This document shows, one piece after another, positions 1 to 6,190 of a stretch of DNA of 28,097 bases. This DNA is from a virus (lineage: Duplodnaviria > Caudoviricetes): positions 1 to 28,097 of the IMG/VR virus record IMGVR_UViG_3300012952_000096; one strand, 5' to 3'. Each line of letters opens with the position of its first letter. The first letter of the stretch is position 1. A model generated the notes under the pieces. It saw nothing but the letters and a program-made list of their open reading frames with translations. It was not told the DNA's origin and did not search any database. Made by a program: the position numbers and the translations under genes.

Positions 1-123
1 ATAAAACTTTTTAAAGAGCCTAAAAATAAAATTTATATTAAGAACAGAAAGCTGCATTATGAACTTCGTGATTAATACAAGTCAAGACAAACAGAATCTT
101 TTTAATTACTTAAAAGAACTTGA
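1..123. repeat. Terminal direct repeat (identical to 27975..28097); circular assembly overlap
   Basis: 1..123 (ataaaacttt...aagaacttga) is identical to 27975..28097; the last ORF and ninB run through the junction. Confidence 0.97.
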
Positions 124-442
124 TAGTGATTACATAGTAAAAGTTAAGAAACAAAGAAACAATAGAAGCAATATGCAGAACAATTATTATTGGGCTTGTA
201 TAGTACAACCATTAGCAAATGAATTAGGATATTTTCCTGATGAAATGCACGATACACTTAAAATAAAGTTTTCAAGTGAATGGCAAAGCATAGACATAAA
301 CGATAAACAGATAGGACTGCAAACAGTAAACAGTACAGCTAGAATGAATACAAAAGAGTTTGAAATATATGCAGAACAAATAAGGATATGGGCTTTAACA
401 GAACTAGGTATAAGACTAATGCTACCAAATGAATATCAATAA
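59..442 (+). CDS. ninB: NinB/YbcN-family recombination protein
   Basis: RSxxQNxYYW, STxxMxxxEFxxYxExI and terminal WA..GIxL motifs typical of NinB. Confidence 0.75.
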   Translation: MNFVINTSQDKQNLFNYLKELDSDYIVKVKKQRNNRSNMQNNYYWACIVQPLANELGYFPDEMHDTLKIKFSSEWQSIDINDKQIGLQTVNSTARMNTKEFEIYAEQIRIWALTELGIRLMLPNEYQ

Positions 443-454
443 TTTCTATTATAT
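426..454 (+). promoter_or_regulatory. Putative phage late promoter, copy 1 (upstream of terS)
   Basis: CAAATGAA (426) - 11 nt - TCTATTATAT (445-454). Confidence 0.75.
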
Positions 455-457
455 ATA

Positions 458-479
458 GGATTGAATAATCAATCTTTTT
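458..479 (+). terminator. Short hairpin plus T-tract in the terS leader
   Basis: GGATTGA-ATAA-TCAATCT followed by TTTT; AU-rich, so weak. Confidence 0.4.
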
Positions 480-484
480 CAATT

Positions 485-757
485 ATGGATAAAAGAATAA
501 ACAACGGTGGGGCTAGAAAAGGTGCAGGGCGTAAGTCTAAGGCAGATGAACAAAGATTAATAGAGAACTTAACACCAATGAACGAAAAGGCGTTAAAGTC
601 TTTAGAACAGGGTATTGATAAAAAAGAACAATGGGCAGTTAAGCTATTCTTTGAATACTTTTATGGCAAACCTCAGCAAAGGGTGGATGTAACTTCAAAT
701 GATGAAAGTATTAATATGCCACTAATAAACTTTGTAGAAACTGAACCTGAACAATAA
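485..757 (+). CDS. terS: Terminase small subunit (putative)
   Basis: GGARKGAGRK N-terminal motif and YGKPxQxVD motif, directly upstream of TerL. ATG 485 preferred over TTG 461, which lies in the leader hairpin. Confidence 0.7.
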   Translation: MDKRINNGGARKGAGRKSKADEQRLIENLTPMNEKALKSLEQGIDKKEQWAVKLFFEYFYGKPQQRVDVTSNDESINMPLINFVETEPEQ

Positions 758-1943
758 ATATCAAGCACTATTTAGTTCTGATGCTCGTTATTTTATAATA
801 ACAGGCGGTAGAGGTAGTGGTAAGTCTTTTGCGGTTACAGTATTTTTAACACTACTTACAATGGCTGAAGGTATTAGAGTATTGTTTACTCGCTATACAA
901 TGGTGTCAGCTCATTTATCAATTATACCTGAGTTCTTAGAAAAGATAGGGCTGTTAGGTTTTGAAAATATTTTTAGTGTAAATAAAGCTGAGGTTGTAAA
1001 CTTAGGCAACCAATCTGACATACTATTTAGAGGTATTAAGACTTCAGCAGGAAACCAAACTGCAAGTCTAAAATCATTACAGGGTATAAGCTGTTGGGTG
1101 TTAGATGAAGCAGAAGAGCTTATTGATGAAGATATATTTGATACTATTGATTTAAGCATTAGAGAGAAAGATGTACAAAACAGGATTATACTTATATTAA
1201 ACCCTGTAACTAAAGAGCATTGGATATACAAAAGGTTTTTTGAGGACAAAGGCGTAGAGGCTGGTTTTAATGGCGTTAGAGACAATGTATGTTATATTCA
1301 TAGTACATACCTAGATAATAAAGAAAACCTCTCACAGAGCTTCTTAGAGCGTATTAAGACTATAAAGCATAGGAACTTTAAAAAGTATCAGCATAAAATA
1401 CTTGGTGGCTGGCTAGACAGAGCGGATGGTGTAGTATTTACTAACTGGAGTATAGGGGAATTTAATCCTGATGGCTTACAGACTTCTTGTGGTATGGACT
1501 TTGGATTTTCAGTTGACCCTGACAGTCTTACAGAGGTTGCAATAGATAAGCGTAAGCAAAAGATATATTTAAAAGAACATATATATAAGAATGGTTTAAA
1601 ATCACAAGAACTTGCTCAGATTATATTAGATAAAGTAGGTCAGAAACTTATAATCGCTGATTCAGCAGAACCAAGACTAATAGCAGATTTAAAACATTTA
1701 GGAGTAAACATTAAACCAGTAAAAAAAGGAACTATTGAAAGTGGTATAACTAGGATGCAAGACTTTGAGTTAGTAATAACTCCTGAATCAACTAACATAG
1801 CTAAAGAGTTAAATAACTATATATATTCAGATAAATCTTCTAAATTATATGTAGACTCATATAATCATGCTATTGATGGAGTGAGATATGCAATAACATA
1901 TCACTTAGACAACCCTAATGCAGGTAAATATTTTGTGCAATAG
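741..1943 (+). CDS. terL: Terminase large subunit, PBSX family; true start upstream of the ORF-track ATG (probably CTG 741 or 747)
   Basis: In-frame Walker A (TGGRGSGKS, 801-827) lies upstream of ATG 861; Walker B WVLDEAEE, LILNP coupling motif, RNase H-like GMDFGF...DSAEP...NHAIDGVRY. Confidence 0.93.
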   Translation: MNLNNKYQALFSSDARYFIITGGRGSGKSFAVTVFLTLLTMAEGIRVLFTRYTMVSAHLSIIPEFLEKIGLLGFENIFSVNKAEVVNLGNQSDILFRGIKTSAGNQTASLKSLQGISCWVLDEAEELIDEDIFDTIDLSIREKDVQNRIILILNPVTKEHWIYKRFFEDKGVEAGFNGVRDNVCYIHSTYLDNKENLSQSFLERIKTIKHRNFKKYQHKILGGWLDRADGVVFTNWSIGEFNPDGLQTSCGMDFGFSVDPDSLTEVAIDKRKQKIYLKEHIYKNGLKSQELAQIILDKVGQKLIIADSAEPRLIADLKHLGVNIKPVKKGTIESGITRMQDFELVITPESTNIAKELNNYIYSDKSSKLYVDSYNHAIDGVRYAITYHLDNPNAGKYFVQ

Positions 1944-1998
1944 AAAAGCCCCCCACTTTAAGTATTACGACAAAATAATAGAAAGGTTGTGAGGGGCT
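1941..1998 (-). terminator. Minus-strand intrinsic terminator with a large (32-nt) loop
   Basis: Minus-strand RNA AGCCCCUCAC...GUGGGGGGCU forms a 10-bp stem (one G.U pair, which is a C/A mismatch on +) followed by UUUCUA. Confidence 0.65.
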
Positions 1999-2024
1999 AG
2001 TAACTAAATAGAAAACAAAAACCG
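1941..2024 (-). ncRNA. Predicted ~80-nt antisense small RNA
   Basis: Bounded by a TATATTTG host-type promoter (2034-2027) and the minus-strand terminator; no credible ORF; carries three UUUCUAUU copies. Confidence 0.5.
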
Positions 2025-2026
2025 AA

Positions 2027-2056
2027 CAAATATATAAAAAAAAATTAAAGAGTAAA
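2027..2056 (-). promoter_or_regulatory. Bacteroidetes housekeeping-sigma promoter (antisense)
   Basis: Exact -7 TAnnTTTG (TATATTTG) with a -33-like TTTA 18 nt upstream. Confidence 0.55.
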
Positions 2057-2082
2057 CTAAATTTGAAGAATTTCTATTATAT
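2053..2082 (+). promoter_or_regulatory. Putative phage late promoter, copy 2 (upstream of tail chaperone/tail operon)
   Basis: TAAACTAA - 12 nt - TCTATTATAT (2073-2082); variant copy. Confidence 0.7.
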
Positions 2083-2087
2083 AATGT

Positions 2088-2729
2088 ATGAAGGTTAAAA
2101 TTAAGAAGCAGGGCAAGACAAAGGAGTTTAAGTTAATTAGTAAGTGGGAAGATGTAACACTAGAGAAATGGTTAAAGCTAATAGACTTTCACAAAGGTAC
2201 TAAGAGTAAAGAAGCTCAAGAAACAATAGCAGCTTTATCTAATATTCCAAAAGATCTAATCAATCAGTTGGAATTAAAAGATGTTGCAGTTATAATGAGT
2301 AAGTTATCTGAGCTTCAAGCAAAACAAGATAGTTCTTTAAAACGAGTAATTGAAATAGAAGGAAAAAGATACGGCTATCATCCACGACTAGATGAAATTA
2401 CGCTTGGAGAGTATGCTGACTTAGAAACTATGATTAAGAATGATATTGAAAAGAATATGCCTGAAGTAATGGCAATCTTATATAGACCAATAGTAGAAGA
2501 GAACAATGATGTTTATACAATAGAAGCTTATGATGGCAATATAAGCATAAGGGCGGAAGAAATGAAGAAGATGTCAGCAGAGCAAGTGCAATCAGCACTG
2601 GTTTTTTTTTATCATTTCGCAACGCTATTATTACTGACTTTGGAATCATCTTTGACGGAGGTGCTGAAGGAAATGAAGATGCAATTGCCTCAGAATCTTT
2701 TGCAGAAAAGTGGAGTTGGTTTGGAGTGA
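2088..2729 (+). CDS. Tail assembly chaperone (gpG-like), unshifted product
   Basis: Contains slippery GGTTTTTTTTTA (2600-2611, LVFF) with an open -1 frame beyond it. Confidence 0.65.
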   Translation: MKVKIKKQGKTKEFKLISKWEDVTLEKWLKLIDFHKGTKSKEAQETIAALSNIPKDLINQLELKDVAVIMSKLSELQAKQDSSLKRVIEIEGKRYGYHPRLDEITLGEYADLETMIKNDIEKNMPEVMAILYRPIVEENNDVYTIEAYDGNISIRAEEMKKMSAEQVQSALVFFYHFATLLLLTLESSLTEVLKEMKMQLPQNLLQKSGVGLE

Positions 2730-2866
2730 TGTATAGATTGACAAATGCAGATATTTCAAAGCTAGAACAGATAACTAAACTTAACTTATTAGAGGCATTG
2801 ACTTGGTTAAGTTATGAAACAGATTTAGAATCACAAAATAAAGTAAAACATGGCAGTAAGCAATAA
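2609..2866 (+). CDS. -1 frameshift extension (gpT-like) of the tail chaperone; fusion ~259 aa
   Basis: -1 frame reads LSFRNAIITDFGIIFDG...FAEKWSWFGVMYRLTNADISKLEQITKLNLLEALTWLSYE...KQ*, filling the 2729-2850 gap. Confidence 0.7.
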   Translation, partial: LSFRNAIITDFGIIFDGGAEGNEDAIASESFAEKWSWFGVMYRLTNADISKLEQITKLNLLEALTWLSYETDLESQNKVKHGSKQ

Positions 2867-3398
2867 GAGTTATAACAATGTAGTAAACACCCTTTGTAGA
2901 ATGGGTGAGTATCACGAGCAAATTTCAACAGTATCAGTTGGAGACATATTTGATATTAATCTTGAAAAAATGGAGAAGATGCCACTACTGCATATTAATC
3001 CAACATCTGTAACAACAGGAGATAGTGAATTGGTTTACAACTTTCAGATTTTTATTGCTGACTTGGTTTCTGAAAAAGACAACTGGCAAACACATCAAGC
3101 TAAACAATTAACTAAACTTTTAGACCCTAAGAACAACGAACAGCAAGTATGGAATCAGACCTTAGAAATATGTACAGATTTTATAGGTATGTTAAGGCAT
3201 AGTTCAAGACAATCACAAGAAGGAGTAAATGATATTAATGCTCCTTTATACTTTACACAAGACCAATTTACAATAGAACCATTTCAAGAAAGATTTGACA
3301 ATCTTTTGTGTGGTTGGACTTTTACAATAGGTGTTATAGTAATGAATGACTTTGATACTTGTGAGATACCAGTAACAGATGCAGGTGCAGGATATTAA
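2850..3398 (+). CDS. Putative tail terminator/completion protein
   Basis: Size, context and PFxERFD..LxGW motif; the function is inferred. Confidence 0.4.
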   Translation: MAVSNKSYNNVVNTLCRMGEYHEQISTVSVGDIFDINLEKMEKMPLLHINPTSVTTGDSELVYNFQIFIADLVSEKDNWQTHQAKQLTKLLDPKNNEQQVWNQTLEICTDFIGMLRHSSRQSQEGVNDINAPLYFTQDQFTIEPFQERFDNLLCGWTFTIGVIVMNDFDTCEIPVTDAGAGY

Positions 3399-3466
3399 TG
3401 TTTAAATTTAAGATATGGAAAGTAACAATACAACTAATACCGCCAAAAGTAACAATACATCTTTAA
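3398..3466 (+). CDS. 22-aa micro-ORF MFKFKIWKVTIQLIPPKVTIHL
   Basis: TAATG stop/start coupling with the upstream gene; overlaps ORF 3415 in another frame. Confidence 0.45.
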   Translation: MFKFKIWKVTIQLIPPKVTIHL

Positions 3467-3813
3467 GCTATGAAGATGTTATTGAAAAACTAGAAGCAAT
3501 AAGTATTAAGTTAGAGTCTTATAATGATTATCCTGACAGTGCTAGTAATAATGCTAAGAAAGCAATTAAATATAAAGAAGAAAACGGTAGCAGTTGTGGC
3601 ACTAGAGTTGGTTGGACTAGAGCAAGACAATTAGCAGATAAAAAAAAGATAAGCAGAGACACAATAGCTAGAATGGCGTCATTTAAAAGACACCAACAGA
3701 ATAAAGATGTGCCTTACTCAGAGGGTTGTGGCGGTCTTATGTGGGATGCGTGGGGTGGTTCAAGCGGTATAAATTGGGCAATTAATAAATTAAAACAAAT
3801 AGATAAAAAATAA
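3415..3813 (+). CDS. Conserved phage protein (YxDYP...CGTxVG...RAxQLA...WGG domain), possibly head-associated
   Basis: Recognisable domain of unknown function, which I recall being fused to head proteins in aquatic phages. Confidence 0.6.
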   Translation: MESNNTTNTAKSNNTSLSYEDVIEKLEAISIKLESYNDYPDSASNNAKKAIKYKEENGSSCGTRVGWTRARQLADKKKISRDTIARMASFKRHQQNKDVPYSEGCGGLMWDAWGGSSGINWAINKLKQIDKK

Positions 3814-3817
3814 AATT

Positions 3818-4267
3818 ATGGCAGATTTGGTAACAACAATTAGTGAGTCAGTAACTTTAAATGGTTCAGTTAGAGGGGCTAGTAACTCAGTAACAACAAC
3901 AGGAATAGTTGATGTAATGGAAAGAATAGTAACTTGTACTCAAGCACAAACTACTACAATAGCAGTATTTGCTGCTAATCCTTACACTTCAGCAGGAGCA
4001 ATAGATGTTGATAGAACAAGATATGTAAGAGTTACAAACTTAGACACTACTAACAACATTGAGTTAGCAGTAGTAACAACAGCAACAAATTATCAAGTAA
4101 CAATAACTGGGGGTAATTCACACATCCTAAGTATAGGAACTGAAGCAGCTATTGGAGAAACAGATACATCTCCTGCATTTGGTACTTTAGAGAACTTAGC
4201 ATCTTTACAAGTAAAACCAGTAACTGCAAATGATGCTCAGGTAGAATTATTTGTAGGGCTTGTTTAA
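3818..4267 (+). CDS. Putative virion structural protein (beta-rich)
   Basis: T/V/A-rich 149-aa protein within the structural operon. Confidence 0.55.
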   Translation: MADLVTTISESVTLNGSVRGASNSVTTTGIVDVMERIVTCTQAQTTTIAVFAANPYTSAGAIDVDRTRYVRVTNLDTTNNIELAVVTTATNYQVTITGGNSHILSIGTEAAIGETDTSPAFGTLENLASLQVKPVTANDAQVELFVGLV

Positions 4268-4794
4268 TGAAAACGCAAAACATAGAAAGGTACTTAAATA
4301 GCTTTGGTAAACAAGTAGTAAACAGAGCTAAGAGTAATATTCAAAAAGCTAAAGGTGGCGGAACGAATTTAGAGAAATCTATAAGGTTTGAAGTCAAAAC
4401 TGATGCTGATGGATTTTCAGTACAATTTTTTATGGATAGTTATGGTACTTTTGTAGACAAAGGGGTATCAGGAAACAAACAAGATAGAAAATTTAAAGAC
4501 TATAAAGGGCAAGTAAAATCAAGTCCTTATAAATATACAACAAAGCAACCCCCACCAAGTATATTAGCTAAATGGATAAGTAAAAAAGGCATGAAAGGCA
4601 GAGATAAAAAGACAGGCAGGTTTATTAGTAATATGTCTTTAGCTTTTATAATTGGTAGGGCAATAAAAAGAGATGGAATACAAGGTATTAGTTTTTTTCA
4701 AAAACCATTAGGACTTGGATTAAAGCAATTTGGAAAAGACTTACTTGGTGCAGTAAAAGAAGATATAATAGAAGGTTTAACAACAGTAAATTAA
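4267..4794 (+). CDS. Putative neck/tail-completion protein (HK97 gp10-like)
   Basis: Basic protein with LxxSI, YGxFVDxG, PPxxxLxxW and IxRxI..GI..xFF motifs. Confidence 0.5.
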   Translation: MKTQNIERYLNSFGKQVVNRAKSNIQKAKGGGTNLEKSIRFEVKTDADGFSVQFFMDSYGTFVDKGVSGNKQDRKFKDYKGQVKSSPYKYTTKQPPPSILAKWISKKGMKGRDKKTGRFISNMSLAFIIGRAIKRDGIQGISFFQKPLGLGLKQFGKDLLGAVKEDIIEGLTTVN

Positions 4795-4795
4795 T

Positions 4796-6190
4796 ATGGC
4801 AGCAAATTGTGTAATAGAGCAACACCCAATAGGGTTTTTTATACCAGTAGGACAGGAATTAATATTTGTAATATCTAACCGAGACGCAGTAGCAAATGAA
4901 ACTAAAGTTAAGTTTTGTGCTGAAGTACATATAGGTTCCACTATACCAGTAACCGCTACTTCTGATGATTTAAAAGGTGTATTTAAAACAACCCTTAATA
5001 ATGCAGGAGTAGGAATGTTTGATTTAAGGAATGTAATAGAAAATTATGTAAAGGCAGACAACATGGCTGCTAATGGTAGTTCTTATAAAGGCACAACTAC
5101 TTCAGATAGTGAAAGACACCCAGTTCATTTAATAGATAAATATTCTTTAAATACTAACTTAGGGCGTTATATGGTGATACAGTTTTATGTAGAATATCTA
5201 AACACAACAACCAATGTAATTGAAAGAGCAGCAGGTACAACACAAAACTCTGGAGTTTATTTTCTTTTTAATGGTTATGTAAAACATACTGATAGTCTAT
5301 TTAAGTCAGGTAATAATTTTGGGTTTGATACAACTAAGTTTATTATAAATGGATTATCTTCTACATTTTTAACTAATGCACCTGATTTACAATACGCTAA
5401 TGTAGAAGATTATGGAACTATGTCATTTGTAACATCTTCAGCAAGCATGAATAGTATTGCACTTAATTATTATAGCAGCACTTATAGTTTGTTAGGAACT
5501 GATACGGTTGTAAGAAATTCAAGCAATGGTGCTTGGGATAATCCTTTTGCAGCAGTTTCAGAAAATCAAATATTGCATTTAGGTTGCTTTCCAGGCAATT
5601 TAAGAAATTGGAGTTCAACTTTTCAAGCATTAGTAACAGCAGGAACTATACAGGGCGGTTTTATTACAGTACAAGCATATGCAGATTTTTCAGCAATATC
5701 TAAAGGCTATAATATTATTGTTAATTGCCCTGATACTAAAAACTTTGAAAGCATAAGACTATGTTGGCTTAATCAATGGGGTGCATGGGATTATTATACT
5801 TTTACTAAAAAGTCAATTAGAAGCACATCAACTCAGGGGTCTACATATCATCAATTAGGTGGTAGTTGGAATGAAAGTCTATATAGACCTGATAGCTTTA
5901 AAGGAGGTAAGAAGTCTTTTAGAGTTAATGCTACTGAAAGGATTACAATAAATACTAATTTTGTTTCTGAAGATGACAATGTAATGTTTGAAGAATTAAT
6001 TAATAGTCCTGAAGTTTATCTATTAGAGGGCTACCAAACTGATGCTGCTAATGCAGTTTTAAATAACTATGTAACACCAGTAAGACTTACAACATCTAGC
6101 TTTACTAAAAAGACTTCAGCTAATGACAAACTTATACAATATACATTTGAAATAGAAAAAAGTAAAACACTAAGAACGCAATCTATCTAA
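4796..6190 (+). CDS. Tail (distal tail/tip) structural protein
   Basis: C-terminal WLNxxGxWDYYxF...EELxxSPEVY motif typical of Bacteroidetes siphophage tail proteins. Confidence 0.6.
   Translation: MAANCVIEQHPIGFFIPVGQELIFVISNRDAVANETKVKFCAEVHIGSTIPVTATSDDLKGVFKTTLNNAGVGMFDLRNVIENYVKADNMAANGSSYKGTTTSDSERHPVHLIDKYSLNTNLGRYMVIQFYVEYLNTTTNVIERAAGTTQNSGVYFLFNGYVKHTDSLFKSGNNFGFDTTKFIINGLSSTFLTNAPDLQYANVEDYGTMSFVTSSASMNSIALNYYSSTYSLLGTDTVVRNSSNGAWDNPFAAVSENQILHLGCFPGNLRNWSSTFQALVTAGTIQGGFITVQAYADFSAISKGYNIIVNCPDTKNFESIRLCWLNQWGAWDYYTFTKKSIRSTSTQGSTYHQLGGSWNESLYRPDSFKGGKKSFRVNATERITINTNFVSEDDNVMFEELINSPEVYLLEGYQTDAANAVLNNYVTPVRLTTSSFTKKTSANDKLIQYTFEIEKSKTLRTQSI

Noticed and set aside
1-123. Biological terminal repeat or att site
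   Set aside because: It cuts through two overlapping genes; best explained as an assembler circular overlap.
911-1285. Minus-strand 124-aa ORF
   Set aside because: Antisense shadow of terL; Ser/Leu/Ile-rich with no motif.
1941-1998. Plus-strand terminator for terL
   Set aside because: On + the stem has a C/A mismatch and no T-tract; the polarity fits the minus strand.
2434-2649. Minus-strand 71-aa ORF
   Set aside because: Shadow of the chaperone gene.
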